64,000 nucleotides of DNA from Hyphomicrobiales bacterium (GTDB lineage Bacteria > Pseudomonadota > Alphaproteobacteria > Rhizobiales > JAJFHC01): contig CBDHYJ010000054.1 in NCBI GenBank assembly GCA_965275905.1, positions 17,497 to 81,496 on the forward strand, written 5' to 3'. Positions 51,979-60,530 of the stretch are shown here, one piece after another. Position numbers and translations under genes: made by a program. Below the pieces are notes generated by a model that searched no databases, had not been told where the DNA came from, and worked only from the letters and a program-made list of their open reading frames with translations. The stretch's first letter is position 1, and every line of letters begins with the position of its first letter.

Positions 51979-52830
51979 ATGCCACAGCTTGACAGTGATC
52001 TCCTGCGCACATTCGTGGCCGTCGCCGAAGCGGGCAGCGTGACCGACGGCGCCACCGGGATAGGCCGGTCGCAATCGGCCGCCAGCCTTCAGATCAAGCG
52101 CCTTGAAGGCGTGCTCGGGCGTGACGTGTTCGAGCGCCACGGGCGGGGCGTCGTCCTGACGGATGCCGGCCGGCATCTGATGCCGGTCGCGCGGGATGTC
52201 GTCGCGCGCCTCGACGGAGCGCTGCGCGAGATCGCGTCCGATGGCCTTGAGGGCAGATTGAGGCTCGGCATCCCCGACGACCACGGCCAGGCGAAGTTGT
52301 CGGAGATCGTCGGCGCCTTCGCACAGGCGCATCCCTTGGTCGAACTCGAGGTGACCTGCGCGCTCAGTGCCGAGTTCCCGCAAAGCCTGTCGAAGGGCCG
52401 GCTCGACCTTGCGGTCTACGAGGTCGAGGCCCCGGACGCCGGCGAGGAGATCCTGTTCGAGGATCCGACCTGCTGGGTCGCGTCTCCCTATCGGGATTTC
52501 TTCGGCTCCGATCCGCTGCCGGTGGCGCTGTTCGACCGCACCTGCTGGTGGCGCGACGTGGCGCTGGCTTCGCTCCAGGCGCGCAACAGGCCTTATCGCG
52601 TGGTCTATTCCAGCCAGAGCGTGGGCGGCGTCATGGCCGCCGTCGAGGGCGGCATCGGTGTCGGCCTGCTGGGCCGGTCCTCGGTCGGGGAGGGGCTGAA
52701 GGTTCTGGGGCAGGATGAGGGTTTCGGCCCGACGCCCGTGTCCAAGCTCGTCGTGCGCGCCCGCGACGGGGCGGACACCGAGCTGGTCCACGCCATGAAA
52801 GCCGCGATCCGGTCAGCGTTCCTGCGCTGA
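51979..52830 (+). CDS. LysR-family transcriptional regulator
   Basis: Contains the LRTFVAVAEAGSVTDGATGIGRSQSAASLQIKRLE HTH. ATG 51979 follows GGAG. Confidence 0.85.
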   Translation: MPQLDSDLLRTFVAVAEAGSVTDGATGIGRSQSAASLQIKRLEGVLGRDVFERHGRGVVLTDAGRHLMPVARDVVARLDGALREIASDGLEGRLRLGIPDDHGQAKLSEIVGAFAQAHPLVELEVTCALSAEFPQSLSKGRLDLAVYEVEAPDAGEEILFEDPTCWVASPYRDFFGSDPLPVALFDRTCWWRDVALASLQARNRPYRVVYSSQSVGGVMAAVEGGIGVGLLGRSSVGEGLKVLGQDEGFGPTPVSKLVVRARDGADTELVHAMKAAIRSAFLR

Positions 52831-52944
52831 AGGCGGAAGCGGATGCAGGCGATCTCCGGGCCCCACATATGACCGGTGCGCGGACAAAATTAGCATTCGA
52901 TCCATGGTAGTCAGGCACGGCGTCACCACCATCCATCCAATCGC

Positions 52945-53415
52945 TTAATTTAGATCGTTAACCAACATCATCCAAACAAGATAAATTGCAAATGCTAGCC
53001 AAATGACAACGAAGATAGCGAGTATTGCAACCGGCCCGGTAAGCGCCGTTCCGGGCTTTATTTTAATTTCAGCTGCCGGAAAAAGCTGAGGAAACCCATG
53101 TTCCGTTGATAAATCTGCATCTACTTCGCGGGTCCGATTTGCCCAATATTTCTGCCACGACCTAAGTCGAGAAACCGTCTTGAGGCTAAGCAGGGAGAGA
53201 GTAAACCCAACAACAGAAATGATCAGCATTCCCCAAACGGCATTGGGGAACTCGTTAAATGTCCTCCAGGATAAGCCAAAGGCCGCAAGAAGCGCTAGCT
53301 GGACAGCCGACAGATAATTGAACCTGGCCCAAAGTGCATCATTCTCTTGGCTCATTCGAACGATCAACATTTTTAGCACTTCAAGTTTTCGGTCTGCGTC
53401 TTCTCGATATTGCAT
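52945..53415 (-). CDS. orphan 156-aa membrane protein in an AT-rich islet
   Basis: AT-rich codon usage, unlike neighbouring genes. The product has a helical N-terminus, a two-TM hairpin (YLSAVQLALLAAFGLSW / AVWGMLIISVVGFTLSLLSL), a ~50-aa loop, and a third TM (GPVAILAIFVVIWLAFAIYLVWMML). Confidence 0.5.
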   Translation of the reverse strand: MQYREDADRKLEVLKMLIVRMSQENDALWARFNYLSAVQLALLAAFGLSWRTFNEFPNAVWGMLIISVVGFTLSLLSLKTVSRLRSWQKYWANRTREVDADLSTEHGFPQLFPAAEIKIKPGTALTGPVAILAIFVVIWLAFAIYLVWMMLVNDLN

Positions 53416-53565
53416 TAGGGTCGCTTCTTTCGAGGCCCAACTTGTAATTTATTGCGTCAATTTTGCAGAAATGAACGTAGGAGGCAAAATCTCTGCGCCA
53501 GAATTTTCTGACCAACAGACTTAGTCGCAATAGGAATTAACGCATGGCAATGTTCGCCATGGGCA

Positions 53566-53637
53566 CAAAGCGGCCGTAGCCGCCGTCGCGCCGGATCGGC
53601 ACAGTCGCTGCACTTATGCGACGGTGCCGGCAACGGA
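53566..53637. repeat. REP-like intergenic repeat, copy 1
   Basis: caaagcggccgtagcccgccgtcgcgccGGATCGGCACAGTCGCTGCACTTATGCGACGGTGCCGGCAACGG. Its 44-nt core matches 63471-63514 at 37/44 positions by my count. The core folds as GGCACAGTCGC/GCGACGGTGCC. It lies 9 nt 3' of the CoA-binding gene stop. Confidence 0.6.
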
Positions 53638-53645
53638 ACGGATCG

Positions 53646-54110
53646 TCAGATTGCCAGGTCGAGCCGCGGTTTCCAGAACGGGCGGAACAGCTCGATCTTG
53701 GGGCAGCGGTTCATCACCACCTTCAGCCCCGCATTCTCGGCCAGCTCAGCCGCGCGGTCATCGTAGACGCCGATCTGACCCCAGAGAACCTTGGCGCCGA
53801 TCGCGATGGCCTGTTCGGCGATGCCATAGAATTCTTCCCTGGGCCGGAACACCTCGACCATGTCGACCGGGCGATCGATCTCTTCCAGGGAATGATAGAC
53901 CCGGATGCCGCGGATTTCGGTCAGCCGCGGGTTCGGGTTGACCGGCAGGATCTCGTACCCCGTTTCATGCAGCACCCGGAGCACGCCGTAGCTGAACTTG
54001 GTCTTGTCGTTGCTGGCGCCGACCATGGCGATGGTCTTCACCGAACGGAGTATGTCTGCCAGGTATTCCGGCGTGTAATCGTAAAGGCGGTCAATATCGG
54101 CTTCGGGCAT
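53646..54110 (-). CDS. CoA-binding domain protein (YccU/YneT type)
   Basis: Contains KTIAMVGASNDKTKFSYGVLRVL, VDMVEVFRP and AKVLWGQIGV. Its ATG directly abuts the ferredoxin stop (TAGATG). Confidence 0.85.
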   Translation of the reverse strand: MPEADIDRLYDYTPEYLADILRSVKTIAMVGASNDKTKFSYGVLRVLHETGYEILPVNPNPRLTEIRGIRVYHSLEEIDRPVDMVEVFRPREEFYGIAEQAIAIGAKVLWGQIGVYDDRAAELAENAGLKVVMNRCPKIELFRPFWKPRLDLAI

Positions 54111-54479
54111 CTATGCTTCCTTCGGCGTGGCAATGTCCGCTTTGAGCTCGTGCGGCTCGAGCGGATCGAGAAACGGGTTGCGATAGAGCTTGTCGTGACT
54201 TTCGACGCCGATCTCCAGCGTGCAGTCGGAGACCGGCCGCGCGATGCAAAGCAGCACGTATCCGTCGTTGATCTGGCGATTGTTCAGCGCCACCTGCCGG
54301 CGCTGGTCGACGTCGCCTGAAGTCAGTTTGGCTGCGCAGGTGATGCAGCCGCCATACTTGCACCCGTAGGGCAGATCGACGCCCTGTTCGCGCAACGTGT
54401 CGAGCAGCGGGCGGCGGGCATCGACCGCGTAGGTCTCTCCGCCGCGGTTGGCGATCGTTATGGTCCGGGTGTCCGTCAC
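54111..54479 (-). CDS. plant-type [2Fe-2S] ferredoxin
   Basis: The Cys spacing is C-x4-C-x2-C-x29-C (YGCKYGGCITCAAKL...VLLCIARP). The GTG start overlaps the upstream TGA as GTGA. Confidence 0.8.
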   Translation of the reverse strand: MTDTRTITIANRGGETYAVDARRPLLDTLREQGVDLPYGCKYGGCITCAAKLTSGDVDQRRQVALNNRQINDGYVLLCIARPVSDCTLEIGVESHDKLYRNPFLDPLEPHELKADIATPKEA

Positions 54480-55843
54480 AGCCAGATATCGCTCGTGCAG
54501 TCGCCGCCGGGATAGCGGGTTTCGTGGCAGCGGCTCGGCCCGTTCGGTTCCTGGCCGAAATCCACCATGAAGTCTTCGTTGATCTTCATGCCGCCGTTTT
54601 CGACATCGCAATCGATCATCACCATCACGCCGCCCTGGGTGCGGATGTCGGGATAGAACTGGTTGTCCCAGGTCGAAAACAGCGAGGTCGTGACATAAAG
54701 CCGTCTGCCGTCGAGGGAGAGCTGGAACATCTGCGGGCCGCCGGCCACCCTGACGCCGTTGACCTCGGGCGCCTTGCCCAGGAGCCCTCCCATCCAGACC
54801 TGGCCGGTGAGCTTGGGATTGTGCGGGTCGGTGATGTCATACTGGCGCATGTCGCCATGCAGCCAGTTGTTGAGATAGAGGTACCGGTCGTCCATCGACA
54901 CCAGAATTGCCGACATGACGCCGGGAATCGGTATCGGCCATTCGGGGTGCGGCTCGTTTTCCACGTCGATGATCTTTTCCCACTCCCATGTTCCGGCTTC
55001 GGACTTCCAGAAATGGATCACATTGGCGCTGAGCGCCGCGCCGCAGAAGCCGTGGCTGCTGTCCGGGTCGTGGTGGAACTTGACCTCAAGCGGGATCAGC
55101 CCGTCCTCGCCAAGATACTTGGTCTCGACGGGAACGCGCTTTTCGAAGTCCCAGAAGTGCAGGCGGCGGCCGTATTTGAGGTGGCCCACCTCTTCCAGGT
55201 CGAAGCCCGGCATGAAGGTGTTCGGGGCCGCCCATTCGGAACTCACCATCACGTTGTGGCGCGGCTGATACCAGAAATCATAGCCGAACGGGATGTCGCC
55301 CATCGAGGTCTCCCAGCGGCCCACGATCTCAAAGTCCTTGTTGAGATGCAGGTAGCCGCCTGGCGCTTCGCCCATGGCGTCGCCGAGGAACGAGATGATG
55401 ATCTCGGACCCGAGGCAGTGGACGGTGTGCGGTCCGGAGAGGTTGGTTTTCGCCTTGATCTCGGCGCCGTCGATCACCTTGTGCAGGCGCGGCGCACGAG
55501 GGTCGGTGGCCGTGTCGACGACATGGATGTTGTTCGAGCGGACACCCGGCACGAGCAGGTACTTGCGCGACATGGAGGCGTCGTCATGACATGACGAACA
55601 GGCATTCCAGCCCATGTGGTGCAACTCGTCCCCGATCCCCGGCATCTCCAGCCGGTGAATCACCTGTGAATAGGTCGGACTGTCCGGATCCGCGTCGATC
55701 GTCGCCAGATAGTCGGGCTTCTGGATGCCCGTGCCGGTGTAAATCGCGATGGAATAGAGGAGTTTTTCGCGTGGCGCCTTGATCGCCTCCGCCGGGCTTG
55801 CATATCCCGGGCCGCAGCACGGCGTCTCACCATTACCACTCAT
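54476..55843 (-). CDS. selenium-binding protein 56 family (SELENBP1/MtoX methanethiol-oxidase family), no signal peptide
   Basis: 455 aa, colinear with human SELENBP1 as I recall it. Shared blocks are CCGPGYASPAEAIKAPREKLLY, DELHHMGWNACSSC, GYDFWYQPRHNVMVSSEWAAPN, LHGDMRQYDITDP, GGPQMFQLSLDGRRLYVTTSL and RYPGGDCTSDIWL. Confidence 0.9.
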   Translation of the reverse strand: MSGNGETPCCGPGYASPAEAIKAPREKLLYSIAIYTGTGIQKPDYLATIDADPDSPTYSQVIHRLEMPGIGDELHHMGWNACSSCHDDASMSRKYLLVPGVRSNNIHVVDTATDPRAPRLHKVIDGAEIKAKTNLSGPHTVHCLGSEIIISFLGDAMGEAPGGYLHLNKDFEIVGRWETSMGDIPFGYDFWYQPRHNVMVSSEWAAPNTFMPGFDLEEVGHLKYGRRLHFWDFEKRVPVETKYLGEDGLIPLEVKFHHDPDSSHGFCGAALSANVIHFWKSEAGTWEWEKIIDVENEPHPEWPIPIPGVMSAILVSMDDRYLYLNNWLHGDMRQYDITDPHNPKLTGQVWMGGLLGKAPEVNGVRVAGGPQMFQLSLDGRRLYVTTSLFSTWDNQFYPDIRTQGGVMVMIDCDVENGGMKINEDFMVDFGQEPNGPSRCHETRYPGGDCTSDIWL

Positions 55844-55890
55844 GTCGTTTTTCTCCGGCCAGCGTGATTTTCGACTTGGCTTCCAATATA

Positions 55891-55915
55891 GTTTGTCCTA
55901 TTCCATGAGACAAAC
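55891..55915. promoter_or_regulatory. candidate IclR operator GTTTGTC-N11-GACAAAC
   Basis: A perfect 7-bp inverted repeat in the AT-rich divergent region between the SBP56 operon and the IclR gene. Confidence 0.35.
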
Positions 55916-55933
55916 GTCTGTAAAGTGATAAAA

Positions 55934-56695
55934 ATGCATCTCGATCGACTTATTGCTGTTTTGGAGACCGTGGCCATTGCCGGGCGGGCGGTGTCGCCAA
56001 CGGATGTGCAGCGCGTCACCGGACTTCCGCGTCCGACATGTTACCGCCTGCTTCAGACCCTGGCCGAACATCGTCTGCTGGATGAGCCTGACGGGGCGTC
56101 GCGGTACCTCATTGGCGAGCGTCTGAAGCGGATTGCCATCCTGGGCCAGCCGGATGTGGATGTGTGCCTGGCTGCCGCGCCGATACTGAGGGAAACGGCC
56201 ATTGAATTCGGCGAAGCCGTCTTTCTCTCCAGGTTCCGGGACAGAGAAGTCGAGATCACCCACGTGGAAACGCCCATTGACGCCGCGCGGTCCTTCATTC
56301 ACCCCGGCCTCGGCAACCGGCCCATGCACGCCTGCTCATGCTCAAAGGCGATAGCCGCCTTCGCCGACGAGGCGTTTCAGAGTGAAATCCTCGCAAGCCC
56401 TTTGCGCGCCTACACGGACCAGACCAAGACCCTGCCGGGCGAGGTTGAGCGGGAGTTTGCCGACATACGCCAACGTGGCTATGCGGAGTGCGTCGAAGAA
56501 ATCGAAGTGGGCGTCTCAAGCGTCGCCGCGCCCATCCGCATAGGAAACCTCGGGGTTCCGTTCAGCGTCGGCGCGACCGGTCCCATCCGTCGCTTTACAA
56601 GCCGCCATCGGGAAAAGATCGGTATGGGTCTGATCGAGGTCGCCGGCCGGATCGCTGCGAACCTGCAGCTGGCCCGCGCGGGCACCTCGATCTGA
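55934..56695 (+). CDS. IclR-family transcriptional regulator
   Basis: Contains LDRLIAVLETVAIAGRAVSPTDVQRVTGLPRPTCYRLLQTL (HTH_IclR) and a C-terminal effector domain. GTG 55925 is an alternative start. Confidence 0.85.
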   Translation: MHLDRLIAVLETVAIAGRAVSPTDVQRVTGLPRPTCYRLLQTLAEHRLLDEPDGASRYLIGERLKRIAILGQPDVDVCLAAAPILRETAIEFGEAVFLSRFRDREVEITHVETPIDAARSFIHPGLGNRPMHACSCSKAIAAFADEAFQSEILASPLRAYTDQTKTLPGEVEREFADIRQRGYAECVEEIEVGVSSVAAPIRIGNLGVPFSVGATGPIRRFTSRHREKIGMGLIEVAGRIAANLQLARAGTSI

Positions 56696-56733
56696 CGGCG
56701 TACCGGGAAACAGTATTACAGGGGCCGTCAGGA

Positions 56734-57894
56734 ATGCACTCCGGCAGGGACAGCGCGTTCCGGAAGTTCAGCTTCGGAACGCAAGTGCGAAAATCTCCCT
56801 TCTCCGAAGCCGCGCTGCGCTGGGGGGCAAAGGGATTTTCGGTCTACAACCACATGTACATCCCCCGAGACTTCGGCGACCCTGTTCAGAATTTCTGGAA
56901 CCTCGTGAACGAGGCCATTCTGTGTGACGTCGCGGTCGAGCGCCAGGTCGAGATCACGGGCCCGGAGGCCGCACGGTTCACGCAGTATCTCAGTTGCCGC
57001 GATCTTTCGAAGTGCCAGGTCGGTCAGTGCAAATACGTTCTGATCACCGACCAGGATGGCGGCATCATCAATGATCCCGTTCTGCTGAAACTCGCAGAGG
57101 ATCACTTCTGGCTCTCGATTGCGGACAGCGATGTGCTGTTGTGGGCGAAAGGAGTGGCCCTGAACGCCGGCATGGACGTTCGTATCGGTGAGCCGGATGT
57201 TTCGCCACTTCAACTTCAGGGTCCGAAATCGCGCGACATCCTGCGGGCGGCGTTTGGCGATGGCCCTGCGGAGCTGAAGTATTATCGCTTCACCGAATAC
57301 GACTGGAATGGCGTGCCTCTGATCATTTCGCGGACCGGTTGGTCGAGCGAGCTGGGATATGAGATTTTCTTGCGGGACGGGTCTGCCGGCGACCGTTTGT
57401 GGGAATACCTGATGGAGGTCGGGCGGCCGTTCGGCCTCTACCCCGGGCATACCTCAAGCATACGCCGCATCGAAGCGGCGATGCTGTCCTATCACGCGGA
57501 TATGACCCTGAGGAACAATCCGTTCGAACTCGGGTTGGATCGTCTCGTCGATCTGGAGATGGAGGCCGATTTCGTCAGCAGGTCGGCCCTGACGCGCATC
57601 AGGGAAGAGGGGGTCACTCAGCTGCTCGTCGGCCTCGAGCTTGAGGGCCCTCCGCTCGCAGGTTCGAACGACGAGCATTGGCCCGTCACAATGGATGGTC
57701 AGGTTATCGGTCGGGTGACGTCCGCGATCCATTCGCCACGTCTGGAGAAAAACATCGCATTGGCGATGATGGTTCGCGAACACACAGCGATCGGTACTCG
57801 GGCGGTCGTCGATGCGTCAGGGCAATCGCGAAACTGCGAAGTCGTCCCGAAGCCGTTCTACGATCCTGCGAAATCGATCGCTGCGCGAACCTGA
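56734..57894 (+). CDS. GcvT-family aminomethyltransferase, DmdA-like (DMSP demethylase candidate)
   Basis: 386 aa. Blocks shared with Ruegeria pomeroyi DmdA as I recall it are KSPFSEAA...GFSVYNHMYIP, DVAVERQVEITGPEA, INDPVLLKLAEDHFWLSIADSD, EPDVSPLQLQGPKSRD, SRTGWSSELGYEIF, EAAMLSYHADMT and SAIHSPRLEKNIALAM. Confidence 0.75.
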   Translation: MHSGRDSAFRKFSFGTQVRKSPFSEAALRWGAKGFSVYNHMYIPRDFGDPVQNFWNLVNEAILCDVAVERQVEITGPEAARFTQYLSCRDLSKCQVGQCKYVLITDQDGGIINDPVLLKLAEDHFWLSIADSDVLLWAKGVALNAGMDVRIGEPDVSPLQLQGPKSRDILRAAFGDGPAELKYYRFTEYDWNGVPLIISRTGWSSELGYEIFLRDGSAGDRLWEYLMEVGRPFGLYPGHTSSIRRIEAAMLSYHADMTLRNNPFELGLDRLVDLEMEADFVSRSALTRIREEGVTQLLVGLELEGPPLAGSNDEHWPVTMDGQVIGRVTSAIHSPRLEKNIALAMMVREHTAIGTRAVVDASGQSRNCEVVPKPFYDPAKSIAART

Positions 57895-57961
57895 AAAGCA
57901 TCCTGCAGAGGTGTTCGCAAAGCGTTGCCTCATTTTCGGGGCGGGCCTGCAAGAGTCAGCC

Positions 57962-59449
57962 TCAGCTCACCGTGAACTGTCCCATCATGCCGTGGTCTTC
58001 ATGTTCCAGGATGTGGCAATGGTACATGTAGGGGTGCGTCTTTCCCGCGAGGTGATCAAACCGCACGACGATCTCGGACCAGTCGTCATCATCCAGAACC
58101 ACCATGTCCTTCCAGCCCTGCTGGTCGGGCGGTGCCGGGGCGCCTTCCATGTTCTCGATCAGGAACGAGCAGCCGTGCACATGAAACGGATGCGCGCCGT
58201 CATCGGCACGGATGCGCCAGCGCTCCCACTCCCCACGCTTCACTTCCTCGTTGATCACGTTCATGTCCATCACCGCACCGTTGATGGTCATGGTCATCGC
58301 GCCGTGCCCGCCGTGCTGGTCATGCCCGCCACCATGGCCCCCGTTCATTTCCAGCATGAAGTCGCGCGTGCGTACGATTTCCGAGGGCTTCGGGCGGACA
58401 ATCTCGGCCATCTTTTCCGGCAGCGGCGCGGTGTGCGCCGGCAGCGTCCTGTCGGGCAGCAGGGTCAGCGACGGCGCCGGTTTGCCTGAGCTGAATAACC
58501 GGTTCAGCACACTGCTGACGGGACCTGCCTCGTCGTCAAACGCGTCTTCGAACAGGGTGAGCAGGCCGGCGGGCGTGCCATCGGCCAGATCCACGACAAT
58601 ATCGCAGCGCTCCCCGGGCGCCATTTCCATTGATGTCATCTCCACCGGCGCGCTCAAAAGACCGCCATCACTGGCAATTTTGTGAAACGGCCTCTTGTCG
58701 GCAAAGGTGACGATGTAAAAACGCGCGTTGGCTCCATTGAGCAGCCGCAGCCGGACCTTTCCGGCCGGCACCGCCGCAGAGGGCGAGATGGCTCCATTGA
58801 TGATCACGGTGTCACCGAGCCAGCCGTCCTCATCGGCATCTTTCAGCGAATACACCAGACGGCCCTTCGCATCGAAGGTCCGGTCCTGAATGATCACCGG
58901 CAGGTCATCGACCCCGTAGCGGCGCGGGAGCGGCAAAGCATCGCTCAACTCGTCATCAATGATCATCATGCCGGCAAGGCCCTTGTAGACCTGTTCACCG
59001 GTCCTGCCGTGGGTGTGCGAGTGGTACCAGCAGGTGGCTGCCGGTTGCACGATCGACAATGTGGGTTGCCAGCTCTCCGATGGTGCGATTTCCAGCTGGG
59101 GCCCGCCGTCCACGTTGCCCGGCACATGCAGGCCGTGCCCGTGAATGGAAACGCCCTCCGGCAAAGTGTTGTGGTAGCTGAGGTTGAGTTCGCTGTTCCG
59201 CCGGGTCCGGATGGTCGGGCCCAGATAGTCCTGACTGATGCCCAGGGTCGGCGTCTTGACTCCGGGGGTAAAGGACCAGGCTCCGGAGCGGATCGTCAGG
59301 TCGAGCGGCTCCCCGCTGGTGCCGTCAAGGAGTGGGGGGATCGGCAAGCGGACCGGCGCGGTCCCGGCCCACGCAGGCGCCATCAGACCAGTGCTCACAA
59401 GGGCCGTGCCACCGGCTACAAAGCGCCGCCGGGAGAGGGTAAGCGACAT
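57962..59449 (-). CDS. cueO: multicopper oxidase, CueO-like, Tat-exported
   Basis: Twin-arginine signal (MSLTLSRRRFVAGG...APAWA). Copper ligand motifs are HGHGLH, WYHSHTH, HPFHVHG and HCHILEHEDHGMM. It carries a His/Gly/Met-rich insert (NGGHGGGHDQHGGHGAMTM). Confidence 0.9.
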   Translation of the reverse strand: MSLTLSRRRFVAGGTALVSTGLMAPAWAGTAPVRLPIPPLLDGTSGEPLDLTIRSGAWSFTPGVKTPTLGISQDYLGPTIRTRRNSELNLSYHNTLPEGVSIHGHGLHVPGNVDGGPQLEIAPSESWQPTLSIVQPAATCWYHSHTHGRTGEQVYKGLAGMMIIDDELSDALPLPRRYGVDDLPVIIQDRTFDAKGRLVYSLKDADEDGWLGDTVIINGAISPSAAVPAGKVRLRLLNGANARFYIVTFADKRPFHKIASDGGLLSAPVEMTSMEMAPGERCDIVVDLADGTPAGLLTLFEDAFDDEAGPVSSVLNRLFSSGKPAPSLTLLPDRTLPAHTAPLPEKMAEIVRPKPSEIVRTRDFMLEMNGGHGGGHDQHGGHGAMTMTINGAVMDMNVINEEVKRGEWERWRIRADDGAHPFHVHGCSFLIENMEGAPAPPDQQGWKDMVVLDDDDWSEIVVRFDHLAGKTHPYMYHCHILEHEDHGMMGQFTVS

Positions 59450-59522
59450 TCCGGATCTCCAGACAGAGGATAAATTGAACGCACCTATTGCGAGGCCGGG
59501 TCGGCGGCTCGCCGACCGCTGT

Positions 59523-59577
59523 GACGACAGTAACTGGCTGAATTGAGCCAGAAAATCCATCGGACAAATGCCGGATA
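59523..59577 (-). promoter_or_regulatory. conserved upstream element, copy A (5' of cueO-like gene)
   Basis: GACGACAGT-N24-TCCATCGGACAAATGCCGGATA. The same 9-mer, the same 24-nt spacing and a 21/22-identical box occur at 60531-60585. Confidence 0.45.
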
Positions 59578-59674
59578 AGCCGGGCCGGCACATGCGACAT
59601 AAGCTCAATCCTGGAACTGCTGCCGCATGTCGGACCGGGCCGAGTGGCACGCGGGCGACTGTGCGCAAGCCGTG

Positions 59675-60493
59675 TCAGACGGATACGGGTTTGCGCATGA
59701 CGGCGCAGACATAGTGTTTCTCGCCAGTTCGGAATCGGGCGATTTCCTCGCGCGCCGCCGCACCGGCAAACGAAAAGGACGCCACCAGATTGCGCAAGGG
59801 GGCGGGCACGCGCCGCCGCAGCATCTCCTGCTTCCGCGGGTCGGCCAGCTCGAGCGCGCGCGCGATATTGGCCGAAACATCTTCAATGCACTCCACCTCG
59901 TACCTCAAGGCCTCCAGCCGGGCGCGCAGTTTTGCCATGCCTTTGGCGCTTCGATAATCCGCCAGGAGGAAATGGCCGCCAGGCCGCAAGACCCTGTCGA
60001 CTTCTGCAAGAAACCGCTCCTGGTCGGGATAGTTGAGCGACGACTCCACATTGATGAGGATGTCGCAGCAGGCGTCCGTAAGCGGAAGGTTCTCGGCATC
60101 GCCTGCGATGAACGAGAGGCCGTGGCGTCTGATGTATTCGGAATTGCAGAAATCCACGGCAGTCTGGGCGAGGTCGACGCCCTTCATGGATCTGGGGCTG
60201 AACACATCAAACACGTATGACGTGCCGCCTCCGCGGCCGGAGCTCACTTCCAGCGCGTCCCTGTCTGCCCACGACACCTTTGCGGCCAGACGGTGATAAA
60301 GCTGAATGGGATACCGGTGTTTCTCCTGCCCCTCGGAAAGCTCTACCAGATGAGGATTTCCGTTCACCGGAGCATAACCGTGGTTCATGAAAGCCAGATC
60401 ATCACCGGTGTCGAAACGCGAAATGAAGTCGTACCAGTGATTGGCGAAACGGCTCTTGGTCTTCTTGGGGAGTTTTTTCCAGGTTTTGTACAT
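59675..60493 (-). CDS. class I SAM-dependent methyltransferase
   Basis: Contains ALEVSSGRGGGTSYV (motif I), DILINVESSLNYPD and LRPGGHFLLADY. Length is 272 aa. Confidence 0.8.
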   Translation of the reverse strand: MYKTWKKLPKKTKSRFANHWYDFISRFDTGDDLAFMNHGYAPVNGNPHLVELSEGQEKHRYPIQLYHRLAAKVSWADRDALEVSSGRGGGTSYVFDVFSPRSMKGVDLAQTAVDFCNSEYIRRHGLSFIAGDAENLPLTDACCDILINVESSLNYPDQERFLAEVDRVLRPGGHFLLADYRSAKGMAKLRARLEALRYEVECIEDVSANIARALELADPRKQEMLRRRVPAPLRNLVASFSFAGAAAREEIARFRTGEKHYVCAVMRKPVSV

Positions 60494-60530
60494 CTTGCTT
60501 TTGGATCGCCTGCCATTTGATGAACATCGC

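Noticed and set aside
54476-55843. Selenocysteine recoding in the selenium-binding-protein homologue
   Set aside because: The frame is open throughout with no in-frame TGA, and the family binds selenium without being a selenoprotein. No SECIS-like need arises.
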